Positions 18,101-26,821 of a stretch of DNA of 64,000 bases are shown one piece after another. Source of the DNA: Actinomycetota bacterium (lineage in GTDB: Bacteria; Actinomycetota; UBA4738; CALAEC01); the NCBI GenBank assembly GCA_036000545.1, contig DASYVD010000098.1, positions 3,126 to 67,125 of the forward strand, read 5' to 3'. Position 1 is the first letter of the stretch. Every line of letters begins with the position of its first letter. The notes beneath the pieces are model-generated. The model was given only the letters and a program-made list of their open reading frames with translations, ran no database searches and had not been told where the DNA came from. The position numbers and the translations under genes are program-made.

Positions 18101-18388
18101 TTGCGGGAGTACGAGCTCATGCTCATCGTGGACCCCGACGTGGACGAGACCGCGTTGACTGGGGTCGTGGATCGGGTGAGCGGCATCATCACCGGGCGCG
18201 GCGGAGAGGTGAAGAACGTCGACCGCTGGGGCCGCCGCCGGCTCACCTTCGAGATCAAGCGCCGGACCGAGGGGCAGTACGTCGTCATGCGGTTTCAGGC
18301 CGAGCCCGAAACGGTGGAGCAGCTCGAGCGGAGCCTCCACCTGGCCGACGAAGTGATCCGGCACAAGGTCGTGAAGCGCGCGGCCTAG
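18101..18388 (+). CDS. rpsF: 30S ribosomal protein S6
   Basis: The TTG start has GAAGGAGG 5 nt upstream. (M)[11 protein letters not shown]...[20 protein letters not shown]. Confidence 0.9.
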   Translation: MREYELMLIVDPDVDETALTGVVDRVSGIITGRGGEVKNVDRWGRRRLTFEIKRRTEGQYVVMRFQAEPETVEQLERSLHLADEVIRHKVVKRAA

Positions 18389-18485
18389 CCCGGCGAGGGA
18401 TAGGCTGCGGCCGATCGTAGGTCTTCCCCTCCCTCCCGGCGGGGCCATCGACGGGACGGGAAGAGCAATCGAGGTGGTGATGGAG

Positions 18486-18905
18486 ATGGCCAACGGCAAT
18501 CAGGTCGTCATCGTGGGAAACCTCGTGGACGACCCAGAGCTCAGGTACACGCCCAACGGCGCTGCCGTGGCGAACTTCCGGGTGGCGGTGAATCGCCGGT
18601 TCCAGGACCCGTCCGGGCAGTGGAAGGACGGCGAGACGTCGTTTTTCCGTATTAACGCCTGGAGGACCCTGGCCGAGAACGTGGCGGAGTCCCTGACCAA
18701 GGGCAGCCGGGTGATCGTCTCCGGCCGCCTGCGATCACGGTCCTGGGAGAACCAGGAGGGCGAGACTCGGTCGGCCGTGGAGATCGAGGCCGACGAGGTC
18801 GGCCCGAGCCTGCGGTGGGCGACCGCCAAGGTGGAGCGCCAGAGCCGATCGGGCGGAGGCGACTGGGCCGAGTCGAATACCCCGGAGGAGGCGCCCATTG
18901 GCTAA
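18486..18905 (+). CDS. ssb: Single-stranded DNA-binding protein
   Basis: The sequence is [35 protein letters not shown]...[14 protein letters not shown]. The ATG at 18486 has the best spacing from GAGGTGG, though the ORF opens at 18474. The C-terminus is EEAPIG rather than D-D-x-P-F. Confidence 0.85.
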   Translation: MANGNQVVIVGNLVDDPELRYTPNGAAVANFRVAVNRRFQDPSGQWKDGETSFFRINAWRTLAENVAESLTKGSRVIVSGRLRSRSWENQEGETRSAVEIEADEVGPSLRWATAKVERQSRSGGGDWAESNTPEEAPIG

Positions 18906-19185
18906 GGGAAAGAGGAGAGGCTCGGAGCCGCCCAGGAAGCCGCGGAAGAAGGGCGAAGAGGAAGCCTGGCAGAAGAAACAGAGGCGGAAGGTCTGCGTGT
19001 TCTGCCGGGACCGAGTCGACTACGTCGACTACAAGGACGTCCACCTGCTCAGGCGGTTCGTCTCCGACCGGGGGAAGATCCGGGCCCGCCGGGTCACCGG
19101 CACGTGTGCGCAGCACCAGCGCGACGTTGCCATGGCGGTAAAGAACGCTCGGGAGATGGCCCTCCTGCCCTTCACGGCGCGATGA
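18898..19185 (+). CDS. rpsR: 30S ribosomal protein S18
   Basis: TTG start with GGAGGAGG upstream. [60 protein letters not shown]. Confidence 0.9.
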   Translation: MAKGKRRGSEPPRKPRKKGEEEAWQKKQRRKVCVFCRDRVDYVDYKDVHLLRRFVSDRGKIRARRVTGTCAQHQRDVAMAVKNAREMALLPFTAR

Positions 19186-19628
19186 GGATCATTCTTCAAC
19201 GCGAGGTTCAGAAGCTCGGGGTCCCCGGAGACATCGTGGAGGTCAAGGACGGGTATGCCCGGAACTACCTGCTCCCACGGGGGCTGGCCATCCCCGCGAG
19301 CAGGGGGGCGGTCAAGCACGCCGAGCAGCTCCGGGAGGCCCACGATTCCCGAGCGGAGAAGGCGAAGACCGAGGCCGAGACCCTCGCCGCGGAACTCGCG
19401 AGGACGCCCCTCATGGTGGCGTCGAAGGCCGGTGAGGACGGGAAGCTCTTCGGGAGCGTGACGGCTCAGCACCTTGCGGACGAGCTCTCCAGGGCCACCG
19501 GGCAGCAGATCGATCGCAAGCGGATCCATCTCGATGAGCCCATCCGGAGCCTGGGCACGCACGAGGTCGACGTCCACCTGCACCCCGAGGTCGATGCCAA
19601 GGTGACCGTGGAGGTCGTAGCCGAGTAG
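19182..19628 (+). CDS. rplI: 50S ribosomal protein L9
   Basis: ATGA overlap with rps[37 protein letters not shown]. Confidence 0.9.
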   Translation: MRIILQREVQKLGVPGDIVEVKDGYARNYLLPRGLAIPASRGAVKHAEQLREAHDSRAEKAKTEAETLAAELARTPLMVASKAGEDGKLFGSVTAQHLADELSRATGQQIDRKRIHLDEPIRSLGTHEVDVHLHPEVDAKVTVEVVAE

Positions 19629-20007
19629 CGGCTCGACCGCATCCTCCGCGGAGGGATTCGGCTCGCCTGCTCGGTCATCCTCGGAGGGCGAATCGCGATT
19701 CTCTCCGGGCCCTCGAGCCTCGCGATTGCCGCCGCTCTTCGGCTTCCCTCGCGACGGCTCGCCTCATACCTCCGCTCCGGACGCGGCCCTCGCCGCCTCG
19801 CGGCCTAGCGATCCGAATCACATCCGTGTCATTCCCGGCCGCTAAGATCCGGTGACATGGTTCCGGAAGAAGTTCGCCAAAAGAGATGGCCTGAAGCCCC
19901 TGCGTCTTCGGCATTTCACGAGTTGTCGACAGGATTTCTTCCGTGTGGCCGCGTTGTTCCGCACACACCGGGGCGGCTAGGGTCCGCCGGGATGAGCGAA
20001 GGCACCC

Positions 20008-21363
20008 ATGGCCCGCGCCGCTGACGAGATTCGCTCGTTACGTTCGCAGAGGGTCCCGCCCCACCACCTCGAGGCCGAGCAGTCGGTCCTCGGAGCCATG
20101 ATGCTCTCTGGCGAGGCGGTGGCCGCGGTCATCGAGATCCTGAAACCCGGCGACTTCTACCGCCAGGCTCATCGCATCGTCTACGAGGCCTTGGTCGACC
20201 TGTACGGTCGGGGCGAGCCGGTGGATGCCATCACCGGCGTCGAAGAGCTCAAGCGGCAAGGGAAGCTCGAGGAGGCTCAGGGCGCCCTGTACATCGCTCA
20301 CCTCGTCGAGACGGTCCCGACGCCGGCGAGCGCGGGCCACTACGCGCGGATCGTCGCCGACCATGCCCTCCTGCGGCGCATGATCCACACCGCCTCGGGC
20401 ATCGTCGATCGAGCTTTCCAGGTTCCCGAGGACCCCGAGGAGTTCGCCGACGAGGCCGAGGCCCTCATCTACGGCGTCTCCCGGCACAGCGAGCGGGACG
20501 AGGTGGTAGTCCTCTCGGACCTCATCCACCGGAGCATGGAGGACCTGGAGCGCCTCCATCAACGCGACACTCCCTTCGTCGGTCTCCCCACCGGATTCAG
20601 CGATCTGGACAGCCTGCTCCAGGGCCTCCAGCCCGGGAACCTGATCATCGTGGCGGCCCGCCCGGGCATCGGGAAGTCCTCCCTGGTCACCAACGTGGCC
20701 CGCAACGTGGCGGTGGAAGCGGGGAGCCCGGTGGCCATGTTTAGCCTGGAGATGTCCCGGGTCGAAATCGGGATGCGCCTGCTCTGTGCGGAGGCCCGGG
20801 TGCCGTGGGACAAGGTTCGATCCGCCCGTGTGGCCGCGGAGGACTGGGGGCGGATCGTGGAGGCGGCGGAGACCCTGGACCGAGCGCCGCTGTACATCGT
20901 GGACTCCGGGAACGTGACTATCGTGGACATCCGGGCCAAGGCTCGGCGGCTCAAGTCCAGCCGCGGGCTCGGGCTCATCATCGTCGACTACCTCCAACTG
21001 ATGTCCAGTCACCACCGGGTGGAGAACCGCCAGCAGGAGATCGCCGAGATCTCCCGGTCGCTCAAGCTCCTGGCTAAGGAGCTGGAGATCCCGGTGATCG
21101 CGGTGTCGCAGCTGAACCGGGACCCCGAGCGGCGCGTGGACAAGCGGCCCCAGCTGTCCGACCTTCGCGAGAGTGGAGCCCTGGAGCAGGATGCGGACAT
21201 CGTCACGTTCATCCACCGCGAAGACATGTACTCGGACGACCCTGGGGTGAAGGGCCTGGCCGAGGTCATCGTGGCGAAGAACCGCAACGGTCCAACCGAC
21301 AAGATCACCCTGACGTTCCTTTCGCACCTGACCCAGTTCAAGAACTACGCTCGGCCCCAGTGA
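20008..21363 (+). CDS. dnaB: Replicative DNA helicase DnaB (no intein)
   Basis: VPPHHLEAEQSVLGAMML. Walker A is ARPGIGKSSL, Walker B is IIVDYLQLM. SQLNR... and AKNRNGPT are also present. The length of 451 aa is typical of an uninterrupted DnaB. Confidence 0.95.
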   Translation: MARAADEIRSLRSQRVPPHHLEAEQSVLGAMMLSGEAVAAVIEILKPGDFYRQAHRIVYEALVDLYGRGEPVDAITGVEELKRQGKLEEAQGALYIAHLVETVPTPASAGHYARIVADHALLRRMIHTASGIVDRAFQVPEDPEEFADEAEALIYGVSRHSERDEVVVLSDLIHRSMEDLERLHQRDTPFVGLPTGFSDLDSLLQGLQPGNLIIVAARPGIGKSSLVTNVARNVAVEAGSPVAMFSLEMSRVEIGMRLLCAEARVPWDKVRSARVAAEDWGRIVEAAETLDRAPLYIVDSGNVTIVDIRAKARRLKSSRGLGLIIVDYLQLMSSHHRVENRQQEIAEISRSLKLLAKELEIPVIAVSQLNRDPERRVDKRPQLSDLRESGALEQDADIVTFIHREDMYSDDPGVKGLAEVIVAKNRNGPTDKITLTFLSHLTQFKNYARPQ

Positions 21364-22229
21364 GCGCGAAGGATGGACGGGGGTCGAAGGCTGTGGGGAA
21401 GGATCTCGCTCCGCGATCCTGGGAGCCTCCCGATGGGGCCATCGTCCGCGAGATCCACCGCCGGCTATCCCGCGCGCACGGCCCCCTGGATCCTCCGCGG
21501 CGCCTGGACCCTCTGGAGGAGCTGGTGGTGACGATCCTGTCCCAGAACACGAGCGACACCAACCGGGACCGGGCGTACCGAGCCCTGCGTGAACGCTACC
21601 CGACCTGGGAAGCCTTGGCTCGGGCCCGCGTCGGCGACATCGTGAGAACCATCCGCGCGGGCGGCTTGGCGAACACCAAGGCCCCCCGGATCCTCCAGGT
21701 GCTTCGGGAGATCGAGGAGCGCGAAGGCGGGTTCGACCTCTCGTGGATGCGGTCCGCTCCGGACGAGGAGGTACAGGACTACCTCATGTCCCTGCCGGGG
21801 GTGGGCCCCAAGACGGCCGCCTGCGTGCTGGCGTTCTCCCTGGACCGGGCGGCCCTGCCCGTCGACACCCACGTTCACCGGGTGGCGACCCGGTTGGGCC
21901 TACTTCCCGCCGGGGCGACCGCGGCGTCCGCGCACCGAATCCTTCGTGACGTGGTCCCGCCCCGGCTCCGGGTGCCACTCCACGTCGGCTTGATCCGCCA
22001 CGGGCGCACGATCTGCAAGGCAGGGCGGCCTCGCTGTGAGGAGTGCCCCATTAAAGATATTTGCCCCACTGCACCGATATATCTGACTGATGTGTCGAAG
22101 CCCGGTCGGCGTAAGTCGACAGGATCGACCGAACGGGGGAAGGCCTTTTGGCGGTCTAGCCGGTCCGGGCGGTTCCAAGCTAAAGTTCGTCTGATCGACC
22201 TCCGACCGGACGTCGGAGGCGGAGGGTAG
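21360..22229 (+). CDS. nth: Endonuclease III-family HhH-GPD DNA glycosylase with [4Fe-4S] loop and atypical C-terminal extension
   Basis: GTGA overlap with dnaB. LPGVGPKTAACVLAF (HhH), VDTHVHRV, and CKAGRPRCEECPIKDIC (C-x6-C-x2-C-x5-C). About 55 extra residues follow the cluster. Confidence 0.8.
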   Translation: MSAKDGRGSKAVGKDLAPRSWEPPDGAIVREIHRRLSRAHGPLDPPRRLDPLEELVVTILSQNTSDTNRDRAYRALRERYPTWEALARARVGDIVRTIRAGGLANTKAPRILQVLREIEEREGGFDLSWMRSAPDEEVQDYLMSLPGVGPKTAACVLAFSLDRAALPVDTHVHRVATRLGLLPAGATAASAHRILRDVVPPRLRVPLHVGLIRHGRTICKAGRPRCEECPIKDICPTAPIYLTDVSKPGRRKSTGSTERGKAFWRSSRSGRFQAKVRLIDLRPDVGGGG

Positions 22230-22277
22230 CCTGCCCTCGTCGTACGGGGCAGAGCAAGGAGCGTAGGGAGCCCGGTT

Positions 22278-22976
22278 TTGGGGGAGCGTGCATCCAACCT
22301 GTTAGGCGTTCTGCTTTCGCTGACCTTCTTCAGCGTGCTGCTCGCGGTGATGCTGGTGGCGGTGAGCATCCTTCCAGATGACTCTGGCCTCGCGCCGCCG
22401 ACGTTGCCGGGCGAGGCGGAGAGCGGGCCCGTGAGAACGCCGCAGCCGGGCACCCTCGGGGAGGTGGCCCTGCAGCCGGCCCCGGCGCTCGTGCTGCCGG
22501 GAGCAGCCCTGGGTTCGATCACCTTCACGACCGGCGCGATCCCTCCCCCGACCGGAACGGGGGCGCGGGGTGGTCCGCCTGGGGTGACCGAGCCGAACCG
22601 CGGGCCCGGGGTGGGCCCTGACGACGGGATCCTCCGGCCCGGAGGCGCCGCTCCTCGTGTGCCGGGCAAGGCGCGGGGGCACTTGAAAAAGAAGGGTGAG
22701 TCGGGACATCCGAAGAGGGGCCAGGGCTTCGTCCGGTGCGACGAGAAATCTCATCCGGCCAAGAGCCGTGCCAAGGGCCGCTGCGACGGCCCCGGAAACG
22801 GGAACGGGTCCAGCGGCGATGGCAAGGGACGGGGCAAGGGTGAATCCTCTGGCGGTGCGATTGGCGGCGGAGGATCTAGCCATGGCGGCCACTCAAACGG
22901 GAACGGGCTCGGGCTCGGCCATGTCAAGGCGAAAGGCAAAGGGCACAGCAAGGGCCACGCGAAGTTCGGCCGTTGA
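22278..22976 (+). CDS. Membrane-anchored, basic Gly/Lys/His/Pro-rich low-complexity protein
   Basis: TTG start with GGAG 7 nt upstream. One N-terminal TM span (LLGVLLSLTFFSVLLAVMLVAVSIL). The remainder is a disordered sequence ending GHVKAKGKGHSKGHAKFGR. GC3 is high. Confidence 0.5.
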   Translation: MGERASNLLGVLLSLTFFSVLLAVMLVAVSILPDDSGLAPPTLPGEAESGPVRTPQPGTLGEVALQPAPALVLPGAALGSITFTTGAIPPPTGTGARGGPPGVTEPNRGPGVGPDDGILRPGGAAPRVPGKARGHLKKKGESGHPKRGQGFVRCDEKSHPAKSRAKGRCDGPGNGNGSSGDGKGRGKGESSGGAIGGGGSSHGGHSNGNGLGLGHVKAKGKGHSKGHAKFGR

Positions 22977-22984
22977 GCTTCTTG

Positions 22985-23055
22985 AGCGGATGAGGGGAAT
23001 CGAACCCCCATCTCGAGCTTGGGAAGCTCGCGTTCTGCCATTGAACTACATCCGC
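22985..23055 (-). tRNA. tRNA-Gly (anticodon CCC)
   Basis: GCGGATGTAGTTCAATGGCAGAACGCGAGCTTCCCAAGCTCGAGATGGGGGTTCGATTCCCCTCATCCGCT. It folds as a cloverleaf with a 7-bp acceptor stem and anticodon loop TTCCCAA. CCA is not encoded. Confidence 0.9.
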
Positions 23056-23066
23056 GTGCACCCGCG

Positions 23067-23072
23067 AGTATA
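23067..23072 (-). promoter_or_regulatory. Candidate -10 (TATACT) for tRNA-Gly
   Basis: On the minus strand TATACT lies 11 nt upstream of the mature tRNA 5' end. Confidence 0.35.
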
Positions 23073-23130
23073 GCGGGCACTCCTTCCCGCAGGCATGCGG
23101 CCGCGATCGACCCTCTAGTAGTCTTCGCCC

Positions 23131-23733
23131 GTGATCCTCTCCGACCGAACGATCCGTGAGGAGGTCGCCGCCGAACGCATCATCATCGAGCCGTTCGACC
23201 CGGACTGCGTGCAGCCATCCTCGGTGGATCTCCATGTCGACAAGGTTTTTCGAGTGTTCCATAACGCCCGCTATCCGTTCATCGACGTGCGGAAGCCCAT
23301 GGAGGACCTCACCGAGCTGGTCGAGGTGGCCGAAGGTGAGCCGTTCATCCTCCATCCCGGAGAGTTCGTCCTGGGAGCGACCATGGAGCGAGTTCGTCTC
23401 CCCGACGATCTGGTCGCTCGCCTGGAGGGAAAGTCTTCGCTGGGGCGGCTCGGCCTCCTCATCCACAGCACCGCCGGCTACGTCGATCCGGGATGGGATG
23501 GCTTCTTGACGCTGGAGCTTTCCAACGTGGCCAACCTACCCATCACCATCTACCCGGGTATGAAGATCGGTCAGATCTCGTTCTTCCGGCTAACGAGCCC
23601 GGCGGAGCACCCGTATGGGTCGAGCGGCACGGGGAGCAAGTACCAGGGCCAGCGCGGACCAACGCCCAGCCGATTCTTCGAGGAGTTCCGGGGTCAGGCG
23701 TCTCGGGAGCAGGAGCCCTCGGACCGCGGTTAG
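23131..23733 (+). CDS. dcd: dCTP deaminase (possibly bifunctional dCTP deaminase/dUTPase as in mycobacteria)
   Basis: [10 protein letters not shown]...[51 protein letters not shown]. Confidence 0.9.
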   Translation: MILSDRTIREEVAAERIIIEPFDPDCVQPSSVDLHVDKVFRVFHNARYPFIDVRKPMEDLTELVEVAEGEPFILHPGEFVLGATMERVRLPDDLVARLEGKSSLGRLGLLIHSTAGYVDPGWDGFLTLELSNVANLPITIYPGMKIGQISFFRLTSPAEHPYGSSGTGSKYQGQRGPTPSRFFEEFRGQASREQEPSDRG

Positions 23734-25766
23734 CGCCCCTCCGTCGCGGGGGCTCTCTCCTCCGCTGTTTCCCGAGATTCCTCAAGACCGACCGCTCGGG
23801 CCACGACCTGTGCGACGTCGAGGACCTCCATGTCGGACCTCTTCGCCTTGACACCATCGTCGAGCATCACCATGCAGAACGGGCAGGCTACTCCGAGGAC
23901 GTCCGCCCCCGTCGCCGCGGCCTCGTCGGTGCGCTCCATGTTCACCCGCTTACCGAGATGCTCCTCCATCCACATGCGGGCGCCTCCCGCGCCGCAGCAG
24001 AATCCCCGTTCCGCGTGCCGCGGCATCTCCACCTGCCTGACCCCCGGGATCCGATCCAGGACGCTCCGTGGCTCGCGATAGACGCCGTTGTGCCGGCCCA
24101 GGTAACACGGGTCGTGGTAGGTGACCAGGGCGTCCACGTCCCGGCTCGGCCGGAGACGCCCATCCTTCATCAGTCGGGCCAGCAGTTGAGTGTGGTGGAC
24201 GACCTCGTACTGGCCGCCGAAGTCCGGATACTCGTTGCGGAGTGTGTTGAAGCAGTGCGGGCAGTGAGTGACGATCTTGCGCACGCCCGCCGCCTTCAGT
24301 GTCCCGACGTTCTCTTCGGCGAGCTGCTGGAACAAGTACTCGTTCCCCATCCGCCGTGCCGGGTCTCCGTTGCAGAGCTCCCGGGGGCCGAGGATGGCGA
24401 AGGGAACCCCTGCCTTCTGGAGGACCCTGGCCATAGACCGGGAGATGGCCTTCCCCCGATCATCGAACGATCCGGCGCATCCGACCCAGTAGAGGTATTC
24501 AGGTGCCTGCCCGTTCTCGAGGACTCGGACCCCGGCTCCCTTGGCCCAGTCAGCCCGGGAGGACTGTGGCATCCCCCAGGGGTTCTTGGCGGACTCTAGA
24601 TTGCGCAGAAGCGCCCCAGCCTCCTGGGGGAACCGGGACTCCGCCATCACCAGGTTTCGGCGCATGTCCACGATGTGGTCGACGTGCTCGATGTTCACCG
24701 GGCACTCCTGCATGCACGCGCCGCAGGTCGTGCAGTCCCAGATCACCTCGTCCTCGACCACGTCCGGGTTCAGCGGGACCTTCTCGTACTCCTGGCCGGC
24801 CGCGCGGGCGTCCAGGATGTCCCCGCCGTGGTCGAACACGTGGTCGCGGAGGTTCATGATCAGCAGCTTTGGGGAGAGGGGCTTTCCAGTATTCCACGCC
24901 GGGCACACCGCCTGGCACCGGCCGCATTCGGTGCAGGTGTAGGTGTCGAGGATCTCCTTCCAGGTCAGGTCCTCCAGGGTTGCCGCCCCCAGGCGCATCT
25001 CCTCTTCGCTCTCGAGATCGATGTCGAGCTTGCGCAGCTTGCCCATGGGCTTGGTCCGGCTGAAGAACACGTTGATAGAGCTGGTGATGATGTGGAGGTG
25101 CTTGGAGTACGGGATGTACGCGAGGAAGCCCAGGATCACGATGATGTGCGACCAGAGGAAGAGTTGGTGGAAGAAGGCCTGGGCGTCCGGATCCATTGGC
25201 TCGAAGATGAGCGACGCCAGCCGGGAGACCGGGGTCCAGGCCGCCGGCGACTCCGCCACGCCGCGGGCGATCTTCACCGCGTTCAGTCCGATCAGCGTGA
25301 GGATCACCGCAAGGATCATGAGGAGGATGAAGTCCGCCTCCTCCAGGTGGCTCCCCTTGAACCGCTCGTCCCGGCGGAACTTCCGGAAGAAGATGGCCAT
25401 TTCCACGCCCACGATCACCAGGACAGCCAGCGCGTCCTGGAGCAGCCCGAGCCAGCCGGTCCGCCCGATGAACGGAATCGCGAACCGCGGGCCAAAGACC
25501 ACTTCGCCCAAGGCCTCGACGATCGTGGTGAGCAGGACGATGAAGCCCCAGAAGATGAAGGCGTGCATCAGGCCTGGGCCCAGCCGCTGGAGCAGCTTCC
25601 GCTGGCCCAGCACCACGGTGGCCTCGAGCTCGACCCGCCTGGGAAGGTCCTCCAGGCGCCGCTCCGGCCGCCCCAGCCTCACCAGCCGGTACAGGAGATA
25701 GGCCCGCTGGAGGAACAGGCCCCCGGCCATGGCAAGCAGGAGCCCGAGGAGACCGATCCTCACCAC
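23730..25766 (-). CDS. Membrane-bound Fe-S oxidoreductase, heterodisulfide-reductase (HdrD/DsrK)-like with N-terminal NarI-like membrane domain
   Basis: The N-terminal ~230 aa are polytopic. They are followed by two ferredoxin motifs ([24 protein letters not shown]) and CCG-type repeats (CAGS...[20 protein letters not shown]). This resembles Rv0338c-type proteins. Confidence 0.8.
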   Translation of the reverse strand: MVRIGLLGLLLAMAGGLFLQRAYLLYRLVRLGRPERRLEDLPRRVELEATVVLGQRKLLQRLGPGLMHAFIFWGFIVLLTTIVEALGEVVFGPRFAIPFIGRTGWLGLLQDALAVLVIVGVEMAIFFRKFRRDERFKGSHLEEADFILLMILAVILTLIGLNAVKIARGVAESPAAWTPVSRLASLIFEPMDPDAQAFFHQLFLWSHIIVILGFLAYIPYSKHLHIITSSINVFFSRTKPMGKLRKLDIDLESEEEMRLGAATLEDLTWKEILDTYTCTECGRCQAVCPAWNTGKPLSPKLLIMNLRDHVFDHGGDILDARAAGQEYEKVPLNPDVVEDEVIWDCTTCGACMQECPVNIEHVDHIVDMRRNLVMAESRFPQEAGALLRNLESAKNPWGMPQSSRADWAKGAGVRVLENGQAPEYLYWVGCAGSFDDRGKAISRSMARVLQKAGVPFAILGPRELCNGDPARRMGNEYLFQQLAEENVGTLKAAGVRKIVTHCPHCFNTLRNEYPDFGGQYEVVHHTQLLARLMKDGRLRPSRDVDALVTYHDPCYLGRHNGVYREPRSVLDRIPGVRQVEMPRHAERGFCCGAGGARMWMEEHLGKRVNMERTDEAAATGADVLGVACPFCMVMLDDGVKAKRSDMEVLDVAQVVARAVGLEESRETAEERAPATEGR

Positions 25767-25932
25767 GGGTCGAGTGTACGGGTGTCCTCACGAACGGTGC
25801 AAATGGCTACCGGCGAGTAGGTTCACGATTGCCGTCCACCGGATGGGGGATAGGTTCCGTAGCCCCCGGATGACCCGAACGGGCTACTTCTCCCCCTCAA
25901 GAGGTAGGTCGCGCGGGCCGATATTCGATGTC

Positions 25933-26712
25933 ATGAACAAGACACGGACGCCTGTTGTTTCCAGAGCTCTGCTCATCTCCCTGCTCGCGTTGGCCGTGAT
26001 GGCCTTCGCCGGGGCCTCGGGCGCCGGCCCGTTGGGCCTCATCGTGTCCTCGGAGGACCCGGTCGCCGTGCCCGGCGATTGCCCGGACGAGGGCGACGAG
26101 GTCGTCGTGGAGGACCCGGACGGGGATGCCGATGACGGCACTGAGGTCGAGGACCCCGAGGGTGACCCCGATGAGGACGGGGACGACCAAGGCGAGGACG
26201 GGGACGACCAAGGCGAAGACGGGGACGACCAAGGCGAGGACGGAGACGCTGAGGGTGAGGACCCCGAAGGTGACACCGAGGAGTGCGAGCCCGCCCCGGA
26301 GGACGAGTCCGAGGGCGAGGACGAGGGCACTCCAGTGGATCCCGAGTCCCGTGAGGGCGAGTGCAGCCAGGCTGCCGGCCTGGTGGACGACGAGGGTAAC
26401 GCCCAGACGGTCGAGGAGACCTACGGTGAGATCGACGCCCCATTCGGCCAGAAGCACTCCATGGAGGTCCTCCTGGCGAACTGCATGAAGAACCCGCAGG
26501 CCCAGGGGCTTCTGCGGGCCCTCGAGAACCACGCCCGGCATCTGGAGATGTGGGAAGCCAGGGCCGAGATGAGGGCCGCTCGCGAAGCCGCGAAGGCCGA
26601 ACGGAACGCCGCTCGCCAAGCTGCCAAGGCCGAGCGAATGGCGGCCCACGAAGCAGCCAAGGCGGCTCGTGCAGCCGCGAAGGCAGCCGCCGGCCACGGG
26701 AACGGCCACTAG
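25933..26712 (+). CDS. Secreted hyper-acidic repeat protein with basic Ala-rich helical tail
   Basis: Signal peptide MNKTRTPVVSRALLISLLALAVMAFAGASGA. A D/E/G block contains 3x GDDQGED. The tail is AREAAKAERNAARQAAKAERMAAHEAAKAARAAAKAAAGHGNGH. Confidence 0.6.
   Translation: MNKTRTPVVSRALLISLLALAVMAFAGASGAGPLGLIVSSEDPVAVPGDCPDEGDEVVVEDPDGDADDGTEVEDPEGDPDEDGDDQGEDGDDQGEDGDDQGEDGDAEGEDPEGDTEECEPAPEDESEGEDEGTPVDPESREGECSQAAGLVDDEGNAQTVEETYGEIDAPFGQKHSMEVLLANCMKNPQAQGLLRALENHARHLEMWEARAEMRAAREAAKAERNAARQAAKAERMAAHEAAKAARAAAKAAAGHGNGH
26174..26257 (+). repeat. In-frame 21-bp tandem repeat (3 near-perfect + 1 degenerate copy)
   Basis: gaggacggggacgaccaaggc x2, then gaagacggggacgaccaaggc, then a degenerate copy. 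The repeat encodes EDGDDQG. Confidence 0.85.
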
Positions 26713-26737
26713 GCTCCGGGCGAGTCCTTCGCCCCTT

Positions 26738-26772
26738 CAGAGCGCCTCGGTCACGAGGCGCTCTGATCTTTT
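26738..26772 (+). terminator. Rho-independent terminator after the acidic-protein gene
   Basis: CAGAGCGCCTCG-gtca-CGAGGCGCTCTG (perfect 12-bp stem) followed by ATCTTTT. Confidence 0.65.
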
Positions 26773-26821
26773 CGGTACCTAGCCCCCAGGATCTGGCCTA
26801 TGCTCCTCGCGGTGGCAAAGG

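Noticed and set aside
19923-19931. A DnaA-box-like TTGTCGACA, suggesting an origin or DnaA-regulated site.
   Set aside because: It is a single box with one mismatch that also forms a SalI palindrome. There is no cluster of boxes and no AT-rich unwinding element. oriC is expected near dnaA-dnaN, which is not in this window. I kept it only as a minor note inside the spacer finding.
19925-19935. The 11-mer GTCGACAGGAT is shared between the dnaB upstream region and the nth 3' region (about 22115).
   Set aside because: For a 64-kb sequence, hundreds of repeated 11-mers are expected by chance (N^2/2 divided by 4^11). There is no extended similarity around the match.
19675-19968. A 97-aa minus-strand ORF and a 55-codon plus-strand ORF (19857-20024) in the rplI-dnaB spacer.
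   Set aside because: Third-codon positions are AT-rich compared with every confident gene here. The minus-strand ORF has no SD, and the plus-strand ORF has no SD and only a weak -10-like hexamer. The sequences are Arg-rich or nonsensical. I treated the region as non-coding.
20008-21363. An intein in DnaB, which is common in actinobacteria and cyanobacteria.
   Set aside because: The protein is 451 aa with contiguous Walker A/B and SQLNR motifs, and there is no extra insertion.
22040-23055. Possible integrative-element remnant at the 3' end of tRNA-Gly(CCC), prompted by the odd low-complexity gene and the AT-rich patch in nth.
   Set aside because: There is no integrase, excisionase or phage/plasmid gene. 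I could not find a direct repeat of the tRNA 3' half at the far boundary. The stretch atcgaccgaacggggga near 22125 only shares GTTCG with the T-arm.
25846-25895. A nested hairpin (GGGGA...GTAGCCC-15 nt-GGGCTAC...TCCCC) in the 5' region of the acidic-protein gene, considered as a possible riboswitch or leader.
   Set aside because: It is short and resembles no riboswitch class I know. Stems of this size arise easily in GC-rich DNA, and I cannot assess covariation from one sequence.
26174-26257. Tandem 21-bp repeats considered as a possible CRISPR or minisatellite.
   Set aside because: The repeats are contiguous with no spacers, in frame, and encode an acidic peptide repeat inside a signal-peptide-bearing ORF. 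No cas genes are present anywhere in the window.
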